Shown in pieces: positions 14,066 to 26,710 of a DNA stretch of 64,000 bases. The translations under genes were made by a program, and so were the position numbers. Below the pieces are notes generated by a model. The model was given only the letters and a program-made list of their open reading frames with translations. It had not been told where the DNA came from and ran no database searches. Origin of the DNA: the human T2T-CHM13v2.0 reference genome, Homo sapiens; assembly GCF_009914755.1 (NCBI RefSeq), contig NC_060933.1. One strand, written 5' to 3'. Position 1 is the first letter of the stretch. Every line of letters begins with the position of its first letter.

Positions 14066-15349
14066 GGCACAACTACTTTAAAAATCAGCATAATACAAGA
14101 GAGACTTGTTTGTTTAACAAGCGCCCAGTATTCTATAAATAAATGTAATGAATACTGTTTGTTTTAACTTTACTTCCCTTAAGAGTATATTGTTAATGTC
14201 TTTGCAGGTCAAAATCTCCTTATACAAATCTTACCAGAGACAAACTTTATTTTCTGTCAACATTAATACTAAGCTGCCTAACTGCTAAGAGATCTCCAAA
14301 ACGTTAAAACTAAAGCTAACATTACATCCATCTATGCCATTTTTCCTAGTAGTTTGTTTGTTTCTTTGTTTGTTTTTTCCCATTCCATTTTGGAAGGCTG
14401 TTCAGCCCCAATCCCCTGCCAAGTCTTCACTTAGCCATGTGGTTTAGCTCCCTTTTTCTTTCAGTCCCCTTATTTCAGATGCTTTCCAGAGTTCTACAAT
14501 ATCTTATAAAGTATGGCATCCATCTAAGTGTTTTTAAGTTTCCAAAGAACATTCTAGGATGCTCTCACTTGCAGGAGACTCAAATGTTTCTTCTAGATAT
14601 TATTTTGCTCCTAACTTCCATATGATGGCATGATGTTTTCTTGCTTCTGCATATATAAGTCTCTTGACCTTTTCAGCAACTAACATCTTTCTGATTTCTT
14701 GACACATGAGTTGGTGTTTTTATTTTTGAGCTCATCTCACAGCTTACTCTCTGGGTCATGGGTATATTTAGACTCTTCTCTTTACTTTTTTCTCACCGTA
14801 TTTGTATGTGTTTTCAAAATTTCCTTTTTATACCTCCTATCCAATAACTACTTTTTCCTTCAGAAGAATGTAATATGTATTTGTGTGTGTATATATATGT
14901 GTATGCATAAACTTTTTTGAGAAGAATACACAAATATATACTTTTTTCAGAAGAATACAAAGAATAGTGAGATGCTCACAACTCCATTTTATGTTTTTGG
15001 TCCCACACATTTTCAAACCTCAGTTGCAGTAAGTTTAGACCATGAGTCAAGTATTTTGTTTTGCAATGCCAAGGAAAAGTAAAAAGAGCACATGTTTCAA
15101 AACAGGTAGACCTGAATATGAGTCCAGCTCTGCCGCTTGAGTATTTGGTTGAATTATTGACTTTTTTTCTATACACCTTGTATCATTTGACCTGAAAATA
15201 ATGTTGATTACATTCTTATTCCTCATTTCTACTTCCACATTTCCCTTCTTCCTCTTAAAAATTTTTGAGCTTTAATTTGCACTTCATCAGATTATAACAG
15301 ATGTTACTCCTTCCTCTCTGTTCTTGTTGTCAAAATACCCCAAGAGAGG

Positions 15350-16812
15350 AATTCAATGTTTTGTTGTTGTTTCTTGAATATTTTAGCAGCTGAGTCACTC
15401 CCAGTCTCCACTCTTGTCTTTATAATTACTTTTTAAAATCTCATGCTGTATCTAATGAATGCACTTGTCTTCATTTTTGATGATTTTAATATCCATTTTG
15501 ATGAGGCTTCCAGTATCTGAAACTTTAATGTTTGGAACTCTTCTCCTGGAATGACTTTGTTTTGTTCCCTATATTAGCCACTCTCATCTGTGGTTACACC
15601 TCACCATTTCCTTGCTATTAAAACCAATAACCTATCAATATATTCATTCGTGCACAATGTTTTTATTTTTACTTAATACCTTCCATCTTCCTAGCTGACT
15701 ACCTCTTGTACTATAACACGAATAATTTACAAACAGCATTTAGACTTGCCATCCATTGTCCAACTGTCTTGTCTTCTCCTTTGGAAATTACACATGTTTA
15801 CATTCCTTATCTTCCTAATGTTTTTAGTTCCTTCCTTAAACTGTTTAAAATATATTGTCCATGACTAAAATCACTGTCTTGCATATATGCTCAATGTTTA
15901 TGTCCTATTCTGGCTTTGTCACAACCAACTTTGTTAGGAACAGCTCCCCAGATCTTTTGCATCTACCTTAACAGCTGAATATAGATGGAGAGTAAAATAC
16001 AATCATATGGATTGCCCCTTCTTTTAACTGATGAAAAATGACACCAAATAGGCCTTTTTTCTGCAAAACATTCACAATGTATTTTCCTCTAGTGAAAGGA
16101 TATGATAATTTCAGTCGCAGATGACTATTTAATAGTATTTCATAGAGCCATAGTATTTTCCAGAGGCTGTATGGTGTAGTTGCTAATATTCCAGATGTCT
16201 ATTTGAAACATTCACTTGAATGTCTAATATCCAGTTTGAAGTTATCATGTACCAAAATTAACTCATCATCTTCCCCTCCAAACTAGTTTCTTTCTTTACA
16301 TCTTTCTGCAGGCCCATATGGCCGGCCTGCCTTCCCCACATTCAGGACGTTTCCACCACATGCTCCCTTTCCTCTAGTCAGGCTAGTCTGCTCGCTCTTC
16401 ACAAACATCAGCTCGTTCCTAGGGGCAACCGGTGTTGCTGGACTTTTACATTAAAACATTCTTCTCCAAAATATTACCTCTAATTTTCAGGTCTCAGTCA
16501 AATATCACCTTAAAGAGGACTTCCAAGATCATTCTATTAAAAATTGAATGACTAACATCCTCCCTGCCCCAGCTTAAAATACGCATACCCTTAACACTAC
16601 GTTATTTTGCTTCATGGCACTATCACCATCTGACACAGTATATAGGTTATTTTACAACAATTATTTTCTGTCTTTTTCACTAACATGTAACCAACCTGTG
16701 AGCTAGGACTTCACTGATTATTTTGTTTATTGCTGCATTCTTGAGATCTAAAAGAATACTGGACTAATAACAGTGCTGGATTCATACTTGTTAATTAAAT
16801 AAATGAAATGAC
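15350..16812 (+). mobile_element. L2 (L2a-like) degraded fragments including the 3' end
   Basis: cacttgaatgtctaata...aactcatcatcttcccctccaaac and a 3' end (ttgtttattgctgcattc...cagtgctggattcatacttgttaattaaataaatgaa). The 5' boundary is approximate. Confidence 0.62.
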
Positions 16813-16904
16813 ACACATGGACACTAGAGGAAATTTCATTATCCTATACTCAAAGCTACAGAAAGCATGAAATGCAGACCAAATTCTAGACATATTAATA
16901 TAAA

Positions 16905-17038
16905 ACTTCATTATGTATTCAGTACAATGTTCACTATTTGGGTGATGAGTACACCAGAAGCCCAAATATCACCATTACACCATATATGCCTATGACAAAC
17001 CTGCACATGTACTCTCTGAATCTATAATTGTTTAAAAA
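16905..17038 (+). mobile_element. L1PB/early L1MA 3' terminal fragment
   Basis: gtacaatgttcactatttgggtgatg...aaacctgcacatgtactctctgaatcta. Confidence 0.7.
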
Positions 17039-17150
17039 TGCATATTCTGCAGGATTGGAAAAACGGTATATAAAGTTGCCAGTATTGTGTCTATAAATGT
17101 CCAACAAAATTAATTATATCTCTATCTTCTTTGATTTTTCATAGTGTACG

Positions 17151-17571
17151 TGACAGGGTTTGGATCTATATCCCCACACAAATATCCTGTTCACTTGTAA
17201 TCCTCAATGTTGGAGGTGGGGCCTGGTGAGAGGTGACTGGATCGTGGGGGTGGATCCCTCGTGAATGGTTTAGCACCATCCTCTTGGTGCTGTTTTGATG
17301 ATGGTGAGTGAGTTCTCATGGGATCTGGTTGTTTAAAAGTATGTAGCACTTCTGACCTCTTCTTCTTCCTCTTTCTCTGGCTATGTGAAGTGTTGGCTCC
17401 CGCTTTGCCTTCCACCATGATTGTAAGCTCCCTGAGACCTCCCCAGAAGCTGATGCCACCATGCTTTCTGTACATCCTGCAGAACTGTGAGCCAATTAAA
17501 CCTCTTTTTCTTTTAATAAGTTACTCAGTCTCAGGTATTTCTTTATAGCAGCATGACAATGGACAAATACA
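17151..17571 (+). mobile_element. MSTA-like MaLR LTR
   Basis: tgacagggtttggat...ggacaaataca termini. TSD gtacg/gtagg. Confidence 0.93.
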
Positions 17572-19354
17572 GTAGGTAAGCTTAGTATCTACCACCTAAC
17601 TTATAACTTATGAAGTCTGGGGTAAAATCAAAGCAGTCTCAGTCAATTATTTAATGTGTTGATGTTATAAGAAATCACCTCTTTTAAAATGCAAGAACCT
17701 ATAAAACTTTTCCATTAATGTAAACACAACTTAATTTTCAAGTCTCAAATTATATCTTACCTATACATACAATATATAACTTCTGAATAATTTCTTGAGG
17801 AATATTTTCCAGGACTGTATTGTGGGTGAAATTATCAATATTTTTACCACATGCTAGTAGTAAATAAGAGAGAGGCAAGATGTTTGCCAGAAAATATCTT
17901 CTAAGCAGGAAAAGAGCAAATGATTGTCAAGGGAAGATCTAAAGCCAGAGATACAAAAACTGAAAGAGTATCCACGAGAAAGAATCAACTTAAGACAGAC
18001 AACAAAGGAGGGTAAGAGAATCTTAATACAAAATCATAGCATAGTTGAGTTTAAATTATTTAATATAGGATCTAAATTCAGAGAAAGATGGCATCCAAAA
18101 GTTGTTACTTTTATATAGGACTGGGTTTATCTTGCCATTATTGGTTTATCTTGCCATTTTTGACAGAATACCTAGAAAGGAATAACTAGGCTACTTGTTA
18201 TGTATCAACCAGACATAAAGTTTCAGGAATTAATCTAGAAATAAAGTGAAAATTATAAAATAGGAATGTACATTTACCTGAAAATGATACCAAAAGGATC
18301 ATTTTAAGCATTATGGTTAGTAGAGATAAGTTGTTGTTTTTATAGTTTTTAGAGAAAACAAAAACAACTGAATAGTACCAACCTGACAAAGATAATCATG
18401 TATGGAGCTAGAAAAGGGCTTATGAATTTAGATATGAGGAACAGTCCTCCTAAATGCCTTCCAGTGCTGGATTTCTATATAGAATCACAGAAGGAAAGGA
18501 ATGATCCAATGATCAAAAGTACACATGGTGGTTATACACACAACATTAGCACGAAAATTAATGAAAAAAAATATAATCTGAAGTTTGAGAAAAATATTCG
18601 CAACAATTTGAATTATACTTTCAATAATCTTACCTTTTTAACTTCTGGGGAAAAATCCAATAAATTGTTTGGATGAGTCAATATACTTACTGAAAGCTTA
18701 TCTTTGTGCATTTCACTCCCATTTAATTAATGTTCTAATATTATTACTTCCATGTGACTTGCAGAGACAGAGGTTTAAATATGGGCTGATAAATTACATT
18801 CTATGATTTTCAGACCTCAAGTAGGGTTTACACTGTGCTACAGAGGCTGGTAATACTGCTTCTTACGCGCAAGGCAGAGGTGAGAACAGTCAAGTGTAGC
18901 TCTAAACATGCTAAACAATATTTTCATTTTTCACAGGCCTCTTTACTTCAGTAATTTTTTGCACTGTATCAAGCACCACTTCTTTACCACCTGGCATCTA
19001 CTGCTGCTGTTTGAATCTTTATCTTACGAGTAAGTGTACGCAAAGGCCTCTTAACTGGTCATCTTTTTGTCTAGCCCAGTATTTCTTAACTATTTTACAT
19101 CACTGACAAATTCCAGAGTGCGATGTGACTAACATACCTACAGCACAAGCTCTGAGCCCTCTAGCTTCTTTCTCTGCTATTTAAATACTCAGTATCCTAA
19201 TTTCAGTTAGAAGTACACTTCTTCTAATCAACTTTTTCAAATTAATATACATTTTACCTTCTGGAAATATATTATTTATGAATATTAATGTTCTACATAT
19301 CATTGATCAAATTATGTGCTCCACATGCCTTAGACTCATTATATGTGTGTAACA

Positions 19355-19480
19355 GGGCATAGTAATGATACCTGCCTCACAGGGTTGTTGGTAAATAAAG
19401 ACAGCATGTGAAATGCTTCAAGGAGTGTTTGGCTCATGGAACTTTCAAAACTGATTAGCCACTGTTGTCATTACTATTAA
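19355..19480 (+). mobile_element. MIR 3' half
   Basis: ggcatagtaatgatacctgcctcacagggttgttg...atgtgaaatgctt...gtgtttggctcatgg. Confidence 0.6.
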
Positions 19481-19627
19481 CATATTAGCATCACCAGAAT
19501 GGTCTTTGAATATTTTAGCCTTTGTTTCTTTGTCCCAATAGTTCCACAAACAGATAACATTCTCACCATTACTTTCTGCCTATCCAAATTTTACACCTCC
19601 TTTAAAAACTGGTTTAATTGTATGCAT

Positions 19628-19824
19628 GGCAGGGTGAGTATAATTAATAATTTTAAAGTATATAAAATCCTCAATTGTACCTGAAATTTGCTAAAAGAGT
19701 AGATCTTAAGTATTCTTACCACAAAAGTATGTGAGGTAATAAATATGTTAAACATCTCATTGTACACCTTGAATATATGCACTTTATATTTGTCAATTAA
19801 CCTCAACAAAGCTGAAGAAAACAA
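19628..19824 (+). mobile_element. L1MA/L1MB 3' end fragment
   Basis: gaaatttgctaaaagagtagatcttaagtattcttaccac...tttgtcaattaacctcaacaaagctg. Confidence 0.7.
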
Positions 19825-20257
19825 CTGGTTTAATTTCCACTAGCATTTCTGCTAATAGTTCTCTAACTTATTTCACTTAATACCAGGACTACTCTTAGTA
19901 AACTCTGTACCTTTTTATTAGATTTCTTTTTTTAATTGCTTTTGTTCATGATTGTAAATTGTTCTTTTCTATTTCTTCTGTTGCCTTTGTTCATGACTGT
20001 GAATTTTAATAGACTTACTTTTTTTTTTATTTACTGGACTTTAAATTTGTTGATTTTAGTCTCACCTCATTTTCCTTGTCTGTATTCTCCCCAGTTTTCT
20101 CAATGTTAAACTAACTTATCTCACCACCTATGGCTTCATTGCCAGTACTTAGGCCAAATTAGCAATAAAAATCAGCCAATATTAAAGAACTCCCTTGCCC
20201 ATCACTGTTTCTGCGTGTGCACAGAGTCAAATACACACAAATGTACAGTGTGGAAAA

Positions 20258-20708
20258 GGTATCTTAGTTTGGGTTCCCTGGAAACAGGCAAGGATTTGTG
20301 TGTCAGAAATATTAAGAAACTGCTCTCTGGAGAAACCTGTGAAAAAGCAGAAGAGAAAAGGGCAGGACAGGATCAAGCAAGGGTATGTTTTCAGGATATG
20401 TATGAGTCTGATCCTAAAAGGGAGCTCTGCATTATACTTTATAATCAATTTTTCTCAATTGGACTTAAGGAAGTTGAGCTTTTACTTCTCCACCCATCAG
20501 TCATTGGTTAGGTCCTACAATAAACTCACAGGTATTCTTGCCACTTAGTCAGAAGAGCCAAGTGGCTTTAACAGATTGAGAACAGGTCTCTGAGTTGCCG
20601 GAGAATATGATTAGACCTAAACACACACCAAAACTCAGGAAGCGATGTATAGAAATAGCAAATGGGTTATTAGGTTCTTTGGTATGAGCACCAACCATGT
20701 CTACTCCA
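20258..20708 (-). mobile_element. Possible ancient ERVL LTR (LTR33/LTR16-like)
   Basis: gtatcttagtttgggttccctggaaacag...aaggatttgtgtg...gagcaccaaccatgtctact. Weak recall only. Confidence 0.35.
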
Positions 20709-21109
20709 GTGGAAATTTTATGCAAACACTGGATTTTCTTTCTCAAAAATGACCTCTTAGGTTCTTAAAACTCAGATCAAATCATACCTTTTCCCATTCT
20801 CATGTTAAATACCATCTCATTACCAAGTAATACTTACTAGCATATTGCATATTTTCATTTTCTTCACATCACTTATTGATCACTGAAATTATCATGTATC
20901 CTCACTAGGAAAATGGTAAACCTGAATCAATCACAATAGATATAATTTCTACGGCTGTTCAAATTCACCTTAAAATGCGCCAGGTGGAGATATTTTTAAA
21001 ATGTTTTACCAAACCTTCAAATTGAAGATGTTTCTTTTTCAGAGATGAGGAAAAGTGGAGAGCTATCTGCAGCTAGTTTTCCACTTAGCTGGTTTTCCAC
21101 CTCACAGCT

Positions 21110-21575
21110 ACTCCCCACTTTTCTCCTTATAGACAGAGGCAGGATTTTATCTACATAACATCGTTCTCCCATTCAAAGGTAAATCTTTGCTTTTATAAGC
21201 CAATCACGGTAGTCCTATTATGCTGGCTGATATTTGGTTTAGGGATAAACATGATGAGACATGAGACAATCTGCTGGGGTTTCTGGTAAAGGTTTCCTTG
21301 ATATTTAATTTAAAATGAATTATAAATAGCTCCTCTGCTGCCACTGGTTTTTGTGTCTGCATATAAATTTTGAAACTGTGGCATCCATATTGTGATAAAA
21401 AATGAAAGAGCTTAAAGATGGAAAGAACTTGGGTCTTTTAAGATGTTACTGAGCCGTAAAATTTGTTATACCTACAGCTTTCCCTTTCTCTGGAGTTTTG
21501 TGATAAATATCTTCCTCATTATTTATGCAAGTTTTATTGGGGTTTTTTTTATTCATAAGCAACATCTTAACTTCT
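21110..21575 (+). mobile_element. MLT1J-like MaLR LTR (old)
   Basis: aagccaatcacggtagtcc...gattggtttaggga-like segment...aaagatggaaagaacttgggtc...gttactgagccg. Confidence 0.55.
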
Positions 21576-21603
21576 ATCCATGAATGTGTTTGTGCTTGTC
21601 AAG

Positions 21604-21822
21604 CAATGGTGTACTAGTAAATGTTTAACAACTGGCTCTCAAAAAAACAGACAAGAATGACAAAAGCTTTGATTTGTAAAATGCATTGATTCGCATGGTG
21701 TGAATATTCCCACCATGGTAGATTTCAAATTATTAAAACAACCTCACCAAATACAGTGTTACAAAGAGGTGTACTTTGTGAGATCTTGCAAGTCAGTAGG
21801 AGCTGGCTCCTGCACACCACCG
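21604..21822. mobile_element. MER63-like hAT-Blackjack MITE
   Basis: Terminal inverted repeats caatggtgtact.../...gcacaccaccg and gtaaatgtttaacaactggctctc core. Confidence 0.65.
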
Positions 21823-22044
21823 CAAAAGGTTCTTATTTGCAAACAAGAGAAATAAACTCAGATAATGTAGCAGAAAATACATTTATTAAAGGGCTGTCAG
21901 GTGGGCCGTAGAATCATAAAGAGGGCTGAAGAGTTCACCTGAAGGCTGTCCACACACAAGCAATACTCACCAATACCAAATGAATGTTGAGGATACTTTT
22001 GTCACCAACTCCACCTGCACAGTTCATATGCATCATTTAGGTAG

Positions 22045-22456
22045 TGTCAGGCCTCTGAGCCAAAGCTAAGCCATCATATCCCCTGTGACCTGCAGGTACA
22101 CATCCAGATGGCCGGTTCCTGCCTTAACTGATGACATTCCACCACAAAAGAAGTGAAAATGGCCTGTTCCTGCCTTAACTGATGACATTACCTTGTGAAA
22201 TTCCTTCTCCTGGCTCATCCCGGCTCAAAAGCTCCCCAAATGAGCACCTTGTGACCCCCACCCCTGCCCCCCAGAGAACAACCCCTTTGACTGTAATTTT
22301 CCTTTACCTACCCAAATCCTATAAAACGGCCCCACCCCTATCTCCCTTCACTGACTCTCTTTTTGGACTCAGCCCACCTGCACCCAGGTGAAATAAACAG
22401 CCTTGTTGCTCACACAAAGCCTGTTTGGTGATCTCTTCACACGGACGTGAGTGAAA
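22045..22456 (+). mobile_element. Solo LTR7 (HERV-H LTR)
   Basis: TGTCAGGCCTCTGAGCC start, two gttcctgccttaactgatgacatt repeats, TATA (cctataaaa), AATAAA, and an acggacgtgagtgaaa end. No internal HERV-H sequence follows. Confidence 0.97.
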
Positions 22457-22759
22457 TCTAGCACTGGTTATTTATGGTCTGATATCCCTTAAAATTAATC
22501 AGTGCCTTTGTGACCTTGCTAAATATGTAAGTATCATTGTATAAATGCTGATAATAAAAACATTGGATAATGGACGCTGCCTTAATTATGTTACCACTAG
22601 TAACCCAAGAATTCAATCTTACAGCAATTCTTGACCTTGACAGTGAATGATTTGTCCCATAATCTGATCCCCATGTCTTTGAGGGGAAAAGAAGTAATTT
22701 AAAAAATGTAAACAGCATGCCCATAGACTTCATAAGAAAGAGGCTGAGAACAGGAATAT

Positions 22760-23640
22760 TTGGCAAATGCAGCTTCTACAGTAAGAGGTCTTTCTAATAA
22801 GACTCATGAGGACATAGAGTTTTTCAAATAAAAATAATGCCAAAATATCTCTGCAATGAAGCTAATAAAACCTTGATATAAAAACTACAAGAGATCAGTG
22901 TAAACAGAACATAAATAAGGGGAGATTAATTTTTAAAAATCTAGTTTAAAAAATAATACAAAATTTTAAGTATATTAACAAAAAATTTTAAAACATTAAA
23001 AACACAATTAAGTATATATTGGTGAATGCTCAATGTTAATGTAATTAATCCCTTTCAACATACTAAGCAACTGAAGGACAAAAATATAATTACCTTAATA
23101 TAAGAACAAATTCCCAAAATGTTTATTTTTCATTTAAGGAGATCAAGGATACATCAGTAACCAGACAAAGAAGTTGTTTGGATCCAATATCAACAGGAAT
23201 GCCATTCTTAATAAAGAAACATACATTAAAGATAGCTTATTAAAGTCAGCTATGAGGCAGACATACACTGCATCAACTTCTATTCAACACTACACTGACT
23301 ATTCTATCAAATTCAATAAAACAAGTAAGAAATTTTAAATTTTATGTAAATTGCAAAGTAAAATACACAATTATCTTTATGGTATAGTAATTGGAAGCGG
23401 TAAATTTACTAAGTTAGTTAAATGTAAATTAACATAAACATACAAAAGTGAATTCCTAGAAATGTAAATTCCTATTGTATATATAAAAACCAACTAAAAA
23501 ATAGAAAAACACTGTTAACTGCAAAACATTTGTTTTGAAGCATCATTTGGAAATTATGAAATAAAATTGACTTTATTCACAGATGACATGACTCTGTATG
23601 TAAAAATGATAAAGAATACATAAAAACAATAAACTATTAG
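22760..23640 (+). mobile_element. Very old L1M ORF2-derived fragments
   Basis: A-rich, with remnants such as gaagctaataaaaccttgatataaaaac, cttctattcaacact and tttattcacagatgacatgactctgtatgtaaaa (RT FADD region). Confidence 0.5.
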
Positions 23641-23651
23641 AATTTCAAAAA

Positions 23652-24435
23652 TAAGGAACCCTAGCATACTGTTGGTGGGAACATAGACTGGTATAGCCCT
23701 CTTGGAAAACAGTATGGAGGATCCTGAAGAAGTTAAAAATAAAACTATCCTATGACCTAGCAATCCCTTTTTGATTATATACCCAAAGAAATAAAATTGC
23801 CATCTCATAAAGATATCTGCATTCCCATGCTCATTGCAGCATTATTCACAATAGCCAAGGTATGGAAACAACCTAACTGTTCATAGATGGATGAATGGAT
23901 AAATTGGTATATACATATCTTCTATATTCCATATATTTGGAGGAATATTATTCAGTTTTTAAAAAGGAGATCATGCCATTTGCTACAACACAGATGAACC
24001 TGAAGGACATTATGCTAAGTGAAATAAACTGGACACAGGATGCAAAATATTGCATGATCTCATTCATATGTGGAATCCAATTTTTTAAGCCAAATATACA
24101 GAGGTAGAGAATAAAATAGTGCCTACCAGGGGTGGGGGAGTGGTAGAAAATGGGGAGTTGTAGGTCAGAGGACATAAAGCCACATATAAATGGGATGAAA
24201 TGGTCTAAAAATCTAACGGACAACATGAGTTAATAAAATTGTACTGTATTAGGGATTTCTGCTAAATGAGTATATTCTAGCTGTTTTTGCCATGCACCAC
24301 GAAAAATGGGTAACTATGTGACATGATGGATATGTGAATATACTTCACTACAGTAATCATTTTACTATCTGTGCATTTCATAACTACATGCTGAATACTT
24401 TGAATACGCACAATAAAATTTATTTAAAAAATAAT
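23652..24435 (+). mobile_element. L1MA (MA6-8-like) 3' end
   Basis: aaggaaccc...actgttggtgggaa...ggaaaacagtatggagg...ttcattgcagcattattcacaatagccaag...aataaaatttatttaaaaaa tail. Confidence 0.85.
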
Positions 24436-25233
24436 TTCCAATTTATAGCCTAATATGCTATAATAAAAATAAATACATGTATTCATCAAGGTTTCAGGAT
24501 AAACAAAATCAATAAAAAAGTAAATTATATTCTATATACTAACAATGAACAGTCTGTAAACAAAATTAAGACAACTCAAATACATTAGCATCAAAAAAGT
24601 TGTAAATTATCAAAAGAATTATAAGATCTATAAAGTAAAAGTGTAAAGTGTCGCTGAAAGAGATGAAAAAATACTTAGATAAACAGAGAGAATTTTCATG
24701 TTCATAGGTTGTGAGATTCAGTGTAATTAAGATTGCAATTCTTCTCAAATTTGTCTACCATTCAATGTAAACCCTATCAATTATCTAGCAGGCTTTTTTT
24801 TTCCTTCAGAAATTGAGAAGCTACTTCGAACATTTATACAAAAAGGTAGAGACCATAGAATAACCAAAATAATATTAAAAAAGAACAAATTTGGATGAGT
24901 CACACTTCCCAATTTCAACTTATTATAAAGTTACTATAATCTATAAAGTGTGGGGCTGATACAAAGATAGACATATATTAATAAATCAGTGGAACAGAAT
25001 TGAGAATCCAGAAATAAACTCTTATATTTATTGTCACTTAACTTTCAAAACAAGTTGAATGTCATTAATTTAATGGGAAAATAATAGTCTTTGCAATAAA
25101 TAGTGGTGGGACCACTGATATTCACACATAAAAGATAAGTTTAAACTGTCTTAAAAATCATACTCAAAAATAAGATAGATCTGAGATCTAAATGAAAGAG
25201 CTAACATTATTAAATAAATAAAGGGAACAAAGC

Positions 25234-26070
25234 TGTTTCTTAAATACTATATAGAAGTACTATAAAGTACTCTATAGTACTTTATATATAAATATATACA
25301 TTTATATACAGTACTATATAAAGTACTATATATATATTTTTATATAGTACTATATAAAGTACTATAAAGTACTGTAGAGTACTTTATAGTTAGTACTGTA
25401 GAGTACCATATTGAAGGAAGAGAAAGACCCTCTCATATTATTTTATATTGTTTTATACTCAGTACCTGTTTTAAGAAAAAACAACAAGGAAGTAAAACCA
25501 AAGACAGGCAGCCCAGAGCCAGGCCTGAAACCAGGCCTGGTCCTGCCTGGCCTAAACCCAGTAGTTAAAAATCAACTCATAACTTAGAAACCGATGTTAT
25601 TCATAGATTCCAGACATTGTATAGAAGAACACTGTGAAACTCCCTGCCCTGTTCTGTTTCTCTCTGACCACCGGTGCATGCAGCCCCTGTCACGTACCCC
25701 CTGCTTGCTCAAATCAATCACTACCCTTTCATGTGAAATCTTTAGTGTTGTGAGCCCTTAAAAGGGACAGTAATTGTACACTCGGGGAGCTGGGATTTTA
25801 AGGCAGTAGCTTGCCAATGCTCCCAGCTGAACAAAGCCCTTCCTTCTACAACTCAGTGTCTGAGAGGTTTTGTCTGTGGCTCGTCCTGCTACAATATAGT
25901 TAGCACTTTATAGTTAGCACTATAAAGCATTATATAGTTAGTACTTTATGGTCATTTTCATTTCTCTTGGGTAGGTTCCTGTAAGTGGTATTGCTGAGTC
26001 ATATAGTACTTTATAGTACTAAATACTATAAAGAAAAAGAAAATGTTTCTTAAATACTATAAAGAAGCAC
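25234..26070. repeat. Complex insertion: 27-bp flanking direct repeat, iterated tactataaag/ctttatagta units, and a 49-bp inverted copy of 27257-27305
   Basis: tgtttcttaaatactata(t/a)agaag(t/c)ac at 25234-25260 and 26044-26070. 25954-26002 is the reverse complement of 27257-27305 (47/49). Confidence 0.9.
25412..25893 (+). mobile_element. Solo LTR2-family (LTR2B-like, HERV-E/Harlequin) LTR
   Basis: TGAAGGAAGAGAAAGACCCTCTCATATT...GCTCGTCCTGCTACA. Perfect 4-bp TSD atat (25408-25411, 25894-25897). The polyA signal reads aacaaa. Confidence 0.9.
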
Positions 26071-26232
26071 CGTCTATAAAAGAAAAATGTGTTATATCAG
26101 ACTTGGTAAAAACTAAAAACATTTATACTTCAAAGGGCACCTTTAAGAAAATCGAAAGACAAGATACAACCTGGGAGAAAGTACTTCCAAATCCTAATTT
26201 TGACAAAGGACTTGTATTCAAAATGTATTCTG

Positions 26233-26265
<33 letters not shown>

Positions 26266-26280
26266 ATTATTATTATTATT
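26233..26280. repeat. (ATT)n microsatellite
   Basis: Seen directly, with one interruption. Confidence 0.95.
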
Positions 26281-26311
26281 TTTAAAGCCATACCTCTACA
26301 GTAAGCTTACT

Positions 26312-26650
26312 TTCTTTTATTATTATTATTATACTTTAAGTTCCAGGGTACATGTGCAGAGCGTGCAGGTTTGTTACATAGGTATACAGGTGCCATGGTG
26401 GTTTGCTGCACCCATCAACCCGTCATCTACATTAGGTATTTCTCCTAATGCTATCCCTCCCCTAGTCCCCCAACCCCCAACAGGCCCTGGTGCACGATGT
26501 TCCCCTCCCTGTGTCCATGTGTTTGTTCTCATTGTTCAACTCCCACTTATGAGTGAGAACATGCAGTGTTTGGTTTTCTGTTCTAGTGTTACTTTGCTGA
26601 GAGTGATGGTTTCCAGCTTCATCCATGTCCCAGCAAAGGACATAAACTCA
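26312..26650 (-). mobile_element. 5'-truncated L1PA (L1PA7-like) 3' UTR
   Basis: ttatactttaagttccagggtacatgtgcag...cccacttatgagtgagaacatgcagtgtttgg...gcaaaggacataaactca. Confidence 0.93.
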
Positions 26651-26710
26651 ATAACCAGAAGACAAATGGCCCACTTTAAAAATGGGCTTAAGTTTTCAAT
26701 AGAAATTTCA

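Noticed and set aside
25236-25410. Short palindromic repeats suggestive of a CRISPR-like array
   Set aside because: There are no constant-length unique spacers, the context is eukaryotic, and the units derive from the adjacent L1 junction.
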